A stretch of 64,000 nucleotides of DNA from Candidatus Dormiibacterota bacterium. GTDB lineage: Bacteria; Chloroflexota; Dormibacteria; Aeolococcales; Aeolococcaceae. The DNA is taken from assembly GCA_963718525.1 (NCBI GenBank), contig OY970355.1:2656001-2720000 (forward strand), given 5' to 3'. Under the pieces are notes generated by a model. It was not told where the DNA came from. It searched no databases and worked only from the letters and a program-made list of their open reading frames with translations. This document shows positions 46,530-56,584 of the stretch, in pieces (the first letter of the stretch is position 1; every line of letters begins with the position of its first letter). The translations under genes and the position numbers were made by a program.

Positions 46530-46633
46530 CCCTCCCACACCGCCTGTATAATCGGGCCGAGCCAGAGCCAATTGCGGTCGCTCCCTTGCACTGTGGCGAT
46601 GCGAGGATCCTGACAGGCCAGTGAGGAGAAAGT

Positions 46634-47788
46634 GTGCTGCAAGCAACTCGCGCCGACCGCTTTTCGTTCGGTCTCTGGACGGTAGGCTGGCAGGGCGTCG
46701 ACGTTTTCGGCACGGCCGTGCGTCCTCCACTGGATCCCGAGGTGGCCGTCGGTCGACTCGCGGAGCTGGGTGCATACGGGGTGAGCTTTCACGACAACGA
46801 TGTCTTTCCCTTCGGCGCGACGGTCGCGGAGAAGGGTCTGGCAATCACGCGGCTGCGCAAGGCCGTTGACCACACCGGCCTGGTGGTGCCGATGGTGACC
46901 ACCAATCTGTTCTCACATCCGGTATTCCGCGATGGCGCGTTTACCAACAACGATCGGGACGTGCGTCGCTTCGCACTCCGAAAGGTGGCCGACAATCTCG
47001 ATCTCGCCGCCGAGTTGGGTGCGGGCATCGTGGTGTTCTGGGGCGGCCGTGAGGGCGCGGAGTTGGGTGCTGCCAAGGATGTTCGCGCCGCGCTCGATCG
47101 CTACAAGGAAGCCTTTGACATCCTCACCGGCTACGTGATCGAACACTGCTACACGATGCGTTTCGCCATCGAGCCCAAGCCGAACGAGCCTCGCGGCGAC
47201 ATCTTTCTGCCGACCATCGGACACGCACTCGCCTTCATCAATGAGTTGGAACATTCGGACATGGTCGGCCTCAACCCGGAGGTCGGCCACGAGGAGATGG
47301 CCAGCCTCAACTTCGCGCACGGACTTGCTCAGGCGCTCTGGCACGGCAAGCTGTTTCACGTCGATCTCAACGGTCAAAACGGCCCCCGCTACGACCAGGA
47401 TCTCCGCTTTGGCGCGGGCAATGCGCGTGGCGCCTTCTGGACCGTGGACATCCTCGAATCGGGAGGCTACGAGGGACCGCGCCATTTCGACTTCAAGCCA
47501 CCGCGAACCGAGGACATGGACGGGGTGTGGGACAGCGCTGCGGCGTGCATGCACAACTACCTGGTGCTCCGGGATCGGACGCGCGCGTTCCGATCCGACC
47601 CCGAGGTACGCGCCGCGCTGGTCGCCGCGCGGCTCGACGAGCTGGCGCAGACCACACTTGCTCCCGGAGAGACGCTCAGCTCGATGCGCTCCGAGACGTT
47701 CGATATCGACGCAGCCGCAGCACGGGGCATGGCATTCGAACGGCTGGACCAGCTGGCGCTTGACTTTCTCTACGGCATCCGTACCTAG
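46634..47788 (+). CDS. xylA: Xylose isomerase (class I)
   Basis: [49 protein letters not shown]. Confidence 0.97.
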   Translation: MLQATRADRFSFGLWTVGWQGVDVFGTAVRPPLDPEVAVGRLAELGAYGVSFHDNDVFPFGATVAEKGLAITRLRKAVDHTGLVVPMVTTNLFSHPVFRDGAFTNNDRDVRRFALRKVADNLDLAAELGAGIVVFWGGREGAELGAAKDVRAALDRYKEAFDILTGYVIEHCYTMRFAIEPKPNEPRGDIFLPTIGHALAFINELEHSDMVGLNPEVGHEEMASLNFAHGLAQALWHGKLFHVDLNGQNGPRYDQDLRFGAGNARGAFWTVDILESGGYEGPRHFDFKPPRTEDMDGVWDSAAACMHNYLVLRDRTRAFRSDPEVRAALVAARLDELAQTTLAPGETLSSMRSETFDIDAAAARGMAFERLDQLALDFLYGIRT

Positions 47789-47851
47789 CGTCGTGTCGCT
47801 GCAGTCCCGGCGGCGCCAAGGCGGTGCGTCGCGCTCGGAGCCTGCATCTCG

Positions 47852-49312
47852 ATGACGGCGTCCGCACTGGTCGGCATCGACATCGGAACCTCGTCTGCCA
47901 AAGGCATCGCCGTCGACCCCGAGTCCGGGACCGTGCTGGCCGTGGCGGAGCATGAGTACCCGGTCAGCTCACCGCGCGTGGGATGGATGGAGCAGCAGCC
48001 GGAGTTGTGGCTCACGGCGACGCACAACGTCCTCGACGGCCTGAGGAGTGCTGTGCCGGAGATTCTCGGCATCGGCTTCTCGGGTCAGATGCACGGACTG
48101 GTTTGCCTGGACGCTGACGATGCGGTGATCCGCCCCGCGATCCTCTGGAACGACCAGCGCTCCGCGCCCCAGTGCGTTGCGCTGGAGGCCGGGGCAGGGC
48201 TCGCCCGTCTGCTGCGGCTGACCGGCAACCGTGCCCTGCCCGGGTTCACCGCCCCAAAGCTGCTCTGGATGCGCGAGAACGAGCCCGAGGCGTACTCGCG
48301 GATTCGCAGCATCTGCCTGCCCAAGGACTACGTGCGCGATCAACTGGTGGGCGGGCGCCGTATGGACGTCGCGGATGCCTCGGGGACGCTGCTGCTCGAG
48401 GTCGGCAGGCGCCGCTGGAGCACCGAGTTGCTCACCGATCTGGACATTCCCGCGTCGTGGCTGCCCGAGCTGGCCGAGAGTCCCGATGCGGTCGGCGAGC
48501 TCGACGGCGTGCCGGTCGCGGCCGGGGCGGGCGATCAGGCTGCGGCCGCTGTCGGCGCCGGGATCACGAGCCCCGGACCGCTGTCGGTTGTCCTCGGCAC
48601 CTCGGGTGTCGTGCTGGCCGCGACCGATCACTTCCTTGCCGATATCGAGGGACGGGTCCACGCCTTCTGCCATGCGAGCCCCGATCGCTGGCTGGTTATG
48701 GGAGTGATGCTCTCCGCCGCCGGCTCACTCGCCTGGTACCACGACACGATGTTGCCCGGGGTCGACTACGACGCGATGCTCGGCGAGGCCGAGCATGCGC
48801 CGGCGGGTTCGAACGGGCTCGTCTTTCTTCCCTATCTCGCGGGCGAACGGACGCCCTACGCCGACCCGGATGCGCGCGGCGCGTTCTGCGGCCTTTCGAT
48901 CACGCACGAGCGTGGGACGCTCACTCGCGCCGTGCTGGAGGGTGTGGCGTTTGCCCTGCGCGACTGTCTCGACGTGGTGCATGACGTCGGCGCGATCGCC
49001 ACGCGAGGCCGGGTTTCCGGTGGCGGTTCGAGGAGCCGCCTCTGGCTGCGGATCGTCGCCAGTGCGCTCGGGATCCCGCTGGACATCATGGCGACGGATC
49101 AGGGATCGGCGTTTGGCGCGGCACTGCTCGGCGGCGTTGCGGCGGGGGTGTACCGCGACCTCGAGGAGGCGGCCACCGCGTGCGTTCGCGTGATCGAGGT
49201 CGTCGATCCGGTCGCCGAGTGGATCGAGCCCTACGAGGAGGCACGCCGCCGCTTTCGCGACTACTATCCGGCGCTTCGCTCCGTCACGTCGCCCGGCCGC
49301 TCGTCAGGCTGA
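47852..49312 (+). CDS. xylB: Xylulokinase
   Basis: GIDIGTS, SGQMHG, ILWNDQR, FTAPK, PYLAGERTP; follows xylA. Confidence 0.95.
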   Translation: MTASALVGIDIGTSSAKGIAVDPESGTVLAVAEHEYPVSSPRVGWMEQQPELWLTATHNVLDGLRSAVPEILGIGFSGQMHGLVCLDADDAVIRPAILWNDQRSAPQCVALEAGAGLARLLRLTGNRALPGFTAPKLLWMRENEPEAYSRIRSICLPKDYVRDQLVGGRRMDVADASGTLLLEVGRRRWSTELLTDLDIPASWLPELAESPDAVGELDGVPVAAGAGDQAAAAVGAGITSPGPLSVVLGTSGVVLAATDHFLADIEGRVHAFCHASPDRWLVMGVMLSAAGSLAWYHDTMLPGVDYDAMLGEAEHAPAGSNGLVFLPYLAGERTPYADPDARGAFCGLSITHERGTLTRAVLEGVAFALRDCLDVVHDVGAIATRGRVSGGGSRSRLWLRIVASALGIPLDIMATDQGSAFGAALLGGVAAGVYRDLEEAATACVRVIEVVDPVAEWIEPYEEARRRFRDYYPALRSVTSPGRSSG

Positions 49313-50521
49313 TCGCCGCTCGGCGGTCCGGGGCGGCACCAGGGTCGGCTCGTCGAGAACCCGCGTCAGGGCCAGCTCCGCCGCACCCAGCAACGGACCG
49401 TCCTCGCCAAGCTGCGTCGGCCTGATCAGGTCGTCGACGCCGAGCACCGGCGCCATGACTCGTGCGCGCAGCTCCGCGTGGACGATGTCCTCGACCAGCG
49501 GCCACATCGTCGCCAGGAAACCGCCGAGCACCACACGCTGTGGGTTGAAGACGTTGACCAGGCCGGCCAGTCCGGTCCCGAGCCAGCGGCCGACGTCCTC
49601 GACGGCTTCGACGGCAACCGGGTCGCCCCACGATGCGTCACGGAGCAGGCGGGTGACCGCCTCGGGCTTGTAGTTCCTCTCCGCAATCCCGATGCGGCGC
49701 AGCATGGCTGGACCGCCGATCTCAGTCTCCCAGCAGCCGATCGCGCCGCACCGGCAGTGGACCCCGTTCGGGTTGACCTGGACGTGCCCCACCTCTCCGG
49801 CGCAGCCCGCCGCGCCGACCAGTGGCCGCCCGTCGATGACCAGGCCACCGCCGACCCCGACCTCACTGGTGACGTAGATGAGGTGGCGCACGCCAACCCC
49901 CGCGCCCCAGGTGTGCTCCGCCAGGGCCCCGAGATCCGCCTCGTTGGCAATGACGACCGGCAGCCCGGAGCCCAGCCGGTCAGAGACCAGACGTCCGAGC
50001 GGGACATCTCGCCATCCGAGGTTCGGCGCGAAGTGCACCAGGCCGTCCGCCCGGCTGACCACTCCCGCGACGGCGATGCCGAGACCTGCGACCCAGCAGC
50101 CGGCGGGAATCGAGGCAAGGGCGGTCTGAATGAGCTTGCCGACGTCCTCGATGGTCTGGTCGACCGCCAGCCGGCGTGGCTGATGGGGCGCTCGGGCGCG
50201 GTGCAGAATCCGCCCGCCCAGGCCGACGACCGCCGCGGAGAGCGAGTTGACGGCGATCTCGGCGGTGATGACCGCTGCGCCTTGGGGATTGGGCCGTGCC
50301 ACGAGGGATGGCCGTCCGGGCGACCCCAGGCGCGCGGGGTCTCCTTCCTCGACGAGGCCGCGGGCTCGAAGGTCCGCGACGAGCTCGCCGATCGTGCTCC
50401 GTGTCATCCCGAGCGCGCCGCCGATCTCTGACCGGGAGAGAGCACCGGACTGGTGGAGATGACGGAGCAGCAGGCTCAGGTTGTGGCGCCGGACGGACTC
50501 GGGAGAGGCCATCGGGCTCAT
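49304..50521 (-). CDS. ROK family transcriptional repressor (XylR-like)
   Basis: N-terminal HTH, GRP, ANEADLGALAE, GEVGH, CRCGAIGCWE. Confidence 0.9.
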   Translation of the reverse strand: MSPMASPESVRRHNLSLLLRHLHQSGALSRSEIGGALGMTRSTIGELVADLRARGLVEEGDPARLGSPGRPSLVARPNPQGAAVITAEIAVNSLSAAVVGLGGRILHRARAPHQPRRLAVDQTIEDVGKLIQTALASIPAGCWVAGLGIAVAGVVSRADGLVHFAPNLGWRDVPLGRLVSDRLGSGLPVVIANEADLGALAEHTWGAGVGVRHLIYVTSEVGVGGGLVIDGRPLVGAAGCAGEVGHVQVNPNGVHCRCGAIGCWETEIGGPAMLRRIGIAERNYKPEAVTRLLRDASWGDPVAVEAVEDVGRWLGTGLAGLVNVFNPQRVVLGGFLATMWPLVEDIVHAELRARVMAPVLGVDDLIRPTQLGEDGPLLGAAELALTRVLDEPTLVPPRTAERRSA

Positions 50522-50550
50522 CGGACGCTCATCCCACCCACCTTCTGATG

Positions 50551-51909
50551 TCAGCCCCGGAGCTGCGCGCCGCGGCGGGAGAGGACATCGATCAGGCCGG
50601 CGGCCAGCAGCACGAGTGCGACCACGATGGCGATCCACTCGGAGGTGACTCCGAGCAGGTACAGCCCGTTGTAGATGCCGCCGATGATCAGGCCGCCGAG
50701 CACGCCGTGCAGGGTCTTGCCCTTGCCGCCGAACAGGCTCGTACCGCCGATGACCGCGGCGGCCACCGCGAGGAGCACGTAGCTGTTGGCATCCTTGATG
50801 ACGTTGGTCGTGATCGAGACCTGCCAGGACGCGAAGAACACACCCGCGATGCCGGCGGTCAGCGAGGCGAGGACGAAGCCCCAGGTGCGGATGGTGGGCA
50901 GGTTGATACCGGCTCGGCGGGCGGCCTCCGAGTTGCCGCCGATCGCATAGACATAGCGACCGAAGCGAGTGCGCTGGAGGAGGATCGTCCATCCGACCAG
51001 GACGACGAGCACCAGCGGAATGATGTAGGGCAGGCCCACGATGGTCCCGAAGTGCGCGCGGTTCACGTTGCACAATGCGACGACCACGACCCCGGCGGCG
51101 GCGCCGAGCAGGATCTTCATGGCGGTGAGGCTGGCGGGCGGCGCCACGAGACCCGAGCGGCGGCGGCGGGCATCAGCGAACCACACGACACCGCCGCCGA
51201 GCAGGCCGGCGACAGCCAGCAGGATCCAGCTGATCGTGGGGTCGAACCTCCCGTAGAAGATGTCGTAGATGACCACCTCGTTGGTGAACCGGGAGTTGCC
51301 GATGCCGACGAGGCTACCGCCGAGCACGATGATCGCCACCCCCTCGAGCACGAGAAGACCGCCCAACGTGACGATGAACGACGGCATCTTGACGCGGGCA
51401 ACCAGGGTTCCCTGAATCAGACCCACGGCCGAGCAGATCAGCAACGCGACGATGATCGCGAGCCACCATGGCCAGTTCAGGCCGGCGGGCTGCACCTCCT
51501 CGGCGACGAGGACCGCGCCCAGTCCCATGACCAGACCCACGGAGAGGTCGATCTCGCCGAGGAGCAGCGCGAAGATCTCCGCCATGGCGAGCAGCATGTA
51601 GATGGTGCTTTGCTCGAAGAGGTTGACCAGGTTCTGCGGCGACAGGAACTTGCCGTTGGCAATCTGAAAGGCGACGGCGACGACGATGATGCCGAGGAGG
51701 ACGGGAAGGACGCCGCTGTCGCCGCTGCGGACGCGCTGCCACCAGGCGCGCAGATATTGCCCGAGGGACTGGGCGAGGATCTCCGGGGGCACCTCGGCGA
51801 CGGCCGCACCCGAGGCCGCCGCGGTGAGGTCGACGATCGGCTCGGCGGGGGCCGGCTCGGCGGCGGCGATCGGCGGGTCGTTCTCTCTCCCAGCCATGGC
51901 TTCAGACAC
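50551..51909 (-). CDS. Sugar ABC permease (XylH-like), copy 2
   Basis: LGEIDLS, PSFIVTLGG, YAIGGNSEAARRAG, AAVIGGTSLFGG. Confidence 0.92.
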   Translation of the reverse strand: MSEAMAGRENDPPIAAAEPAPAEPIVDLTAAASGAAVAEVPPEILAQSLGQYLRAWWQRVRSGDSGVLPVLLGIIVVAVAFQIANGKFLSPQNLVNLFEQSTIYMLLAMAEIFALLLGEIDLSVGLVMGLGAVLVAEEVQPAGLNWPWWLAIIVALLICSAVGLIQGTLVARVKMPSFIVTLGGLLVLEGVAIIVLGGSLVGIGNSRFTNEVVIYDIFYGRFDPTISWILLAVAGLLGGGVVWFADARRRRSGLVAPPASLTAMKILLGAAAGVVVVALCNVNRAHFGTIVGLPYIIPLVLVVLVGWTILLQRTRFGRYVYAIGGNSEAARRAGINLPTIRTWGFVLASLTAGIAGVFFASWQVSITTNVIKDANSYVLLAVAAAVIGGTSLFGGKGKTLHGVLGGLIIGGIYNGLYLLGVTSEWIAIVVALVLLAAGLIDVLSRRGAQLRG

Positions 51910-52744
51910 TCCCTCTGGCGACGGCGGCTCCGAGCGTCGCCTGGGGCCGGCCGTTCGAGCCCCCGGTGGTCATGTACTCGATGACGCTCTGGCGGTCGAA
52001 GCCGGCCGCCGGCCCCTCGGCCACCATCCTGCCGAGGTGGAGCACGGCGATCCGGTCGGCGACCTCGAAGACGTCGTTGAGGTTGTGGGAGATCACCATC
52101 ACGGCCAGGCCATGGTCGCGGAGGCGGCGCACCAGGTCGAGGACCATCCGGGTCTGGACCACGCCCAGGGCCGCGGTGGGCTCGTCGAGGAGGACGACCT
52201 TGGAGTTCCACATCACCGCCTTGGCGACCGCCACCGACTGGCGCTGGCCGCCGGAGAGCGAGGCCACCGGCTGGCGGATGGACCGCACCGTGGTCACCCG
52301 CAGGCTGCTCAGCGTCTCCGCCGCCGCCCGCTCCATGGAATCCTCGTCGAGCAGGCCGCGGCGCACCCGCTCGCGCCCCAGGAACATGTTCTGGACGATG
52401 TCCAGGTTGTCGGCGAGGGCCAGGTCCTGGTACACGGTCTCGATCCCCAGACCGGCGGCGTCCCGGGTGGTGCGGATGTGCACCGGCCGGCCCTCGAAGA
52501 AGATCTGCCCATGGTCGATCTGGTGGACCCCGGCGATGCATCGGGTGAGCACCGACTTGCCCGCCCCGTTGTCGCCGCAGAGCCCGGTCACCTGCCCGGC
52601 GGGGAGATCGAGGTTGACCTGGTAGAGCGCCTGCACCGGCCCGAAGTGCTTGTCGACCCCGCGCAGCTTCAAGATCGGCTCGGCCACCGCCCCCCCGACG
52701 CTCGCCACCACCGTGGCATCCTGATTCATCTCTGTCGCCTCAGA
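51668..52744. repeat. 1077-bp direct repeat, copy 1
   Basis: Matches 53884-54960 at offset 2216 at both ends; ORFs in several frames translate identically. Confidence 0.93.
51902..52729 (-). CDS. Sugar ABC ATPase (duplicate)
   Basis: GDNGAGKS, LSGGQRQ, LLDEPT; identical protein to 54118-54945. Confidence 0.9.
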   Translation of the reverse strand: MNQDATVVASVGGAVAEPILKLRGVDKHFGPVQALYQVNLDLPAGQVTGLCGDNGAGKSVLTRCIAGVHQIDHGQIFFEGRPVHIRTTRDAAGLGIETVYQDLALADNLDIVQNMFLGRERVRRGLLDEDSMERAAAETLSSLRVTTVRSIRQPVASLSGGQRQSVAVAKAVMWNSKVVLLDEPTAALGVVQTRMVLDLVRRLRDHGLAVMVISHNLNDVFEVADRIAVLHLGRMVAEGPAAGFDRQSVIEYMTTGGSNGRPQATLGAAVARGSV

Positions 52745-52748
52745 CCCT

Positions 52749-54125
52749 TCAGACACGGGCCACGCTCCCGGTCCTGGCTCCTCGACGGGAGAGGACATCG
52801 ACCATCACCGCGATGAGCAGCACGGCGCCGGGAAGGATGTATTCCAAGGGCGTGGACAGCGCGCCCAGAGGCAGCAGCGACACGCCGTAGGCGATGCCAC
52901 CTATCAGCAGCCCACCCAGGAGTCCGTGGATTGGCTTGCCGCGGCCCCCGAACAGGCTGGTCCCACCGATGACGGCTGCCGCCACCGAGTAGAGGATGAG
53001 CTGACCGGGATCGGCCTCATTGGTGCTGTACTGCCCGAAGAAGAATGAGCCCAGGAGGATCCCGCCGAACCCGGCGGTCGCCGAGCAGAGCGCGAAGGCG
53101 GCGGTCCGGATCAGCGGGAGGTTGACGCCGGCGCGACGGGCGGCCTCCGGGTTGCCGCCGATCGCGTAGACGTAGCGTCCGTACCGGGTGCGCTGGAGGA
53201 GCAGCGTCCAGATGCCGACGATGGCAAGGACGATCGGAATCACCTCCGGGACGCCCGAGGGCAGGTTGAGCCCGCAGATGGCGACAACCGCCGCTCCCAT
53301 GGCCGCCATGAAGAGGATGCGGATCGCGATGAGCACGGCGGGTGGCGCCACCAGGCCGCTCTTCCGCCGCGATGCGGCGCGCAACCAGATCGCCGAGCCT
53401 GCGATCACCACCAGTACCGCCAGAGCGATCCAGCCGGCCAGGGGATCGATCACCCCCTGCACCAGGTTGAAGATCACGTTCTGATTCGGCACCTGCCCAT
53501 TGACCGTGAGGGTGCCATCTGCACCACCCAGGATCAGGATGATGACGCCCTGGAAGAACAGGAACCCCCCGAGCGTGACAATGAAGGAAGGGATTCTGAC
53601 GCGGGACACGAGGGTCCCCTGGATCGTGCCGATGACCGCACAGCACACCAGCGTGGTCAGGATCGCCGCCCACCATGGCCAGTTGGGTCCCGGATTCTGC
53701 TGCACCAGCTTGAACGTGATGGTGCCGCCGAGCAGCGCCACCGAGCCGATCGAGAGGTCGATCTCGCCGAGGAGCAGCACCACGATCTCGGCCGTGGCGA
53801 GCACGACATAGACCGTGCTCAACCCGAAGATGTAGACGAGGTTGCTGGGCCGGAGGTACGAATTCTCCGGGGTGATGATCTCGAAGGCGACGGCGACGAC
53901 GATGATGCCGAGGAGGACGGGAAGGACGCCGCTGTCGCCGCTGCGGACGCGCTGCCACCAGGCGCGCAGATATTGCCCGAGGGACTGGGCGAGGATCTCC
54001 GGGGGCACCTCGGCGACGGCCGCACCCGAGGCCGCCGCGGTGAGGTCGACGATCGGCTCGGCGGGGGCCGGCTCGGCGGCGGCGATCGGCGGGTCGTTCT
54101 CTCTCCCAGCCATGGCTTCAGACAC
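52749..54125 (-). CDS. Sugar ABC permease (XylH-like), copy 1
   Basis: LGEIDLS, PSFIVTLGG, YAIGGNPEAARRAG, AAVIGGTSLFGG. Confidence 0.92.
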   Translation of the reverse strand: MSEAMAGRENDPPIAAAEPAPAEPIVDLTAAASGAAVAEVPPEILAQSLGQYLRAWWQRVRSGDSGVLPVLLGIIVVAVAFEIITPENSYLRPSNLVYIFGLSTVYVVLATAEIVVLLLGEIDLSIGSVALLGGTITFKLVQQNPGPNWPWWAAILTTLVCCAVIGTIQGTLVSRVRIPSFIVTLGGFLFFQGVIILILGGADGTLTVNGQVPNQNVIFNLVQGVIDPLAGWIALAVLVVIAGSAIWLRAASRRKSGLVAPPAVLIAIRILFMAAMGAAVVAICGLNLPSGVPEVIPIVLAIVGIWTLLLQRTRYGRYVYAIGGNPEAARRAGVNLPLIRTAAFALCSATAGFGGILLGSFFFGQYSTNEADPGQLILYSVAAAVIGGTSLFGGRGKPIHGLLGGLLIGGIAYGVSLLPLGALSTPLEYILPGAVLLIAVMVDVLSRRGARTGSVARV

Positions 54126-54960
54126 TCCCTCTGGCGACGGCGGCTCCGAGCGTCGCCTGGGGCCGGCCGTTCGAGCCCCCGGTGGTCATGTACTCGATGA
54201 CGCTCTGGCGGTCGAAGCCGGCCGCCGGCCCCTCGGCCACCATCCTGCCGAGGTGGAGCACGGCGATCCGGTCGGCGACCTCGAAGACGTCGTTGAGGTT
54301 GTGGGAGATCACCATCACGGCCAGGCCATGGTCGCGGAGGCGGCGCACCAGGTCGAGGACCATCCGGGTCTGGACCACGCCCAGGGCCGCGGTGGGCTCG
54401 TCGAGGAGGACGACCTTGGAGTTCCACATCACCGCCTTGGCGACCGCCACCGACTGGCGCTGGCCGCCGGAGAGCGAGGCCACCGGCTGGCGGATGGACC
54501 GCACCGTGGTCACCCGCAGGCTGCTCAGCGTCTCCGCCGCCGCCCGCTCCATGGAATCCTCGTCGAGCAGGCCGCGGCGCACCCGCTCGCGCCCCAGGAA
54601 CATGTTCTGGACGATGTCCAGGTTGTCGGCGAGGGCCAGGTCCTGGTACACGGTCTCGATCCCCAGACCGGCGGCGTCCCGGGTGGTGCGGATGTGCACC
54701 GGCCGGCCCTCGAAGAAGATCTGCCCATGGTCGATCTGGTGGACCCCGGCGATGCATCGGGTGAGCACCGACTTGCCCGCCCCGTTGTCGCCGCAGAGCC
54801 CGGTCACCTGCCCGGCGGGGAGATCGAGGTTGACCTGGTAGAGCGCCTGCACCGGCCCGAAGTGCTTGTCGACCCCGCGCAGCTTCAAGATCGGCTCGGC
54901 CACCGCCCCCCCGACGCTCGCCACCACCGTGGCATCCTGATTCATCTCTGTCGCCTCAGA
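53884..54960. repeat. 1077-bp direct repeat, copy 2
   Basis: Matches 51668-52744. Confidence 0.93.
54118..54945 (-). CDS. Sugar ABC ATPase
   Basis: Walker A GDNGAGKS, signature LSGGQ, Walker B LLDE. Confidence 0.93.
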   Translation of the reverse strand: MNQDATVVASVGGAVAEPILKLRGVDKHFGPVQALYQVNLDLPAGQVTGLCGDNGAGKSVLTRCIAGVHQIDHGQIFFEGRPVHIRTTRDAAGLGIETVYQDLALADNLDIVQNMFLGRERVRRGLLDEDSMERAAAETLSSLRVTTVRSIRQPVASLSGGQRQSVAVAKAVMWNSKVVLLDEPTAALGVVQTRMVLDLVRRLRDHGLAVMVISHNLNDVFEVADRIAVLHLGRMVAEGPAAGFDRQSVIEYMTTGGSNGRPQATLGAAVARGSV

Positions 54961-54992
54961 TCAAAGAGTCGTCGATGGCTCACATGCGGGCA

Positions 54993-55058
54993 AGCCGGGC
55001 CGCCCCGGAGGGCGACCCGGCTGCTCCACCGAGGGGCGTCCGTACGAGACGCTCCCTC
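54993..55058 (-). other. Two stem-loops after the binding-protein gene (probable mRNA stabiliser)
   Basis: AGCCGGG-CGCCC/GGGCG-CCCGGCT (54993-55022) and GAGGGGCGTC/GACGCTCCCTC (55031-55058). Confidence 0.45.
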
Positions 55059-55064
55059 AGACGA

Positions 55065-56357
55065 TTACGAGATTCCGGCCGAGGTGCAGAGCGATGCACC
55101 AGCGATGGCGCAGATGGCCGACGCAGGATCGAATCCATCCTTGACCACCGTGGATTCCATGTTGGCCGCGTTGACCCACGTCGCGGTCAGGAGCGACGCA
55201 GGCTCCGTGACGCTGGAGTTGGTCGGATCCGTGGTGGTGCCGTTCAGCAGCGCTGTTGGCACGGTGTTACCGGAGAGGAGGATGTCAGCCATGGCGACCG
55301 CATCCTGGGCCTCCTTGTAGACCGGCTTGTACACGGAGCCGCACTGGTAGCCCTCGAGGACCCACGCCATGCCCTGGGCGGTTGCGTCCTGCCCAGTGGT
55401 CGGGATCTTCTTGGCAGGCGTGCCGCCGGCCTTGAGGTCGGTGATCACCGCGTTGGCGAGGCCGTCATTGGCCTCGATCGTCGCGTTGATGTTCGAGTGG
55501 GCGGTGAACTCCTGCGAGAAGATCGTCCCGCCTTGGGTGTTCGACCACCCCGGCGCGAAGTTCTCCCCCACCAGCTTCATCCCCTGACTGTTCGTCGCCC
55601 CGGCGGCGACCGTCTTGGCAGCCTGGCTCCAGACGATCTTGTTGTACCCGGTCGCGAACGAGATGGCGTTCGGGTCAGTGTCCTCACCACCGTTGAGCAC
55701 GAAGACCTGCGGGTTCGAAACGCCCCACGAGCTGACGCAGGTCAGGAAGCCGTTGCCGATGAGCTCACCGACAGCCTCGTTGTTGAAGCTGACGTAGTAC
55801 GTCTTGGAGCCCTGGAACGTGGCCCGGTCGTAGCTGATCATGGTGACGCCCTTGGACGCGGCCAGCTGTGCGATGGCCTTGCCGGTCGGCCCGTCGAGCG
55901 GGCACATGATCAGGACCTTGGCGCCCAGGTTGATATCAGCGGTCGCATCGTCCAGCTCGGTTGAGTCACTGCCCTGAGCGTTGTCGATGCGGAACTGATT
56001 CTGGTTGAAGCCTGCGTCCGCCAGCGCGGAGGTCAGGTACGGCTGATCGAAGTCCACCCAGCGGGTTGACGACGTTGTGTCGGGGAGGATGACCCCGATC
56101 AGCAGCGTGTTGGCGCCGTGCGTCGCATATTGCGTCAGCGGCTTGAGCAGGGACATGGTCGAGTTGATGTCCGGCGTGAAGGCGGTCACGCTGATGCCCG
56201 ATGGGACACCAGGGTTCGAGGCAGCTGGACTCGACGACCCCGTCGTGGTGCTGCCGCAGGCCGCGGCAATGAGCGCGCCCGCACCGACCAGGGTGAGCTT
56301 GCTCATTTTCGAGAGACGCTGGGACCCCCGGCCCCTGATTCCATCTTGCAAATGCAT
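55065..56357 (-). CDS. Sugar (xylose-type) ABC substrate-binding lipoprotein
   Basis: Lipobox IAAAC; LPDTTSSTRW, ISYDR, DPNA, ANDGLA, TGQD, VYKP. Confidence 0.92.
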   Translation of the reverse strand: MHLQDGIRGRGSQRLSKMSKLTLVGAGALIAAACGSTTTGSSSPAASNPGVPSGISVTAFTPDINSTMSLLKPLTQYATHGANTLLIGVILPDTTSSTRWVDFDQPYLTSALADAGFNQNQFRIDNAQGSDSTELDDATADINLGAKVLIMCPLDGPTGKAIAQLAASKGVTMISYDRATFQGSKTYYVSFNNEAVGELIGNGFLTCVSSWGVSNPQVFVLNGGEDTDPNAISFATGYNKIVWSQAAKTVAAGATNSQGMKLVGENFAPGWSNTQGGTIFSQEFTAHSNINATIEANDGLANAVITDLKAGGTPAKKIPTTGQDATAQGMAWVLEGYQCGSVYKPVYKEAQDAVAMADILLSGNTVPTALLNGTTTDPTNSSVTEPASLLTATWVNAANMESTVVKDGFDPASAICAIAGASLCTSAGIS

Positions 56358-56497
56358 CAGACCTTTGCCCTCCAGCAACCGGACCCACCGTCTGCGACGC
56401 ACTCGCCTCCGGCAGCGAACCGCGTCGCTACCAAACCTCTGTGAGGCAGCGTCCGGATGGTTGGATAAGCGACAAGGGTTTGTCAACTCCTCGAACG

Positions 56498-56523
56498 AAA
56501 AATCACCCTATCGGGGGATTTTT
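56498..56523 (-). terminator. Intrinsic terminator-like hairpin downstream of the SDR gene
   Basis: AAAAATCACCC-TATC-GGGGGATTTTT, with T run on either strand; adjacent minus-strand TTGACA (56481-56486) faces the binding-protein gene. Confidence 0.55.
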
Positions 56524-56584
56524 CGTGCTCGCCGCCCACTGACAGCGCTTCGAACCGCGCTACGGCGCCATCTCGCACGCGCCC

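Noticed and set aside
51668-54960. Direct repeat as an IS or composite transposon
   Set aside because: The repeat encodes an ABC ATPase; no transposase or terminal inverted repeats.
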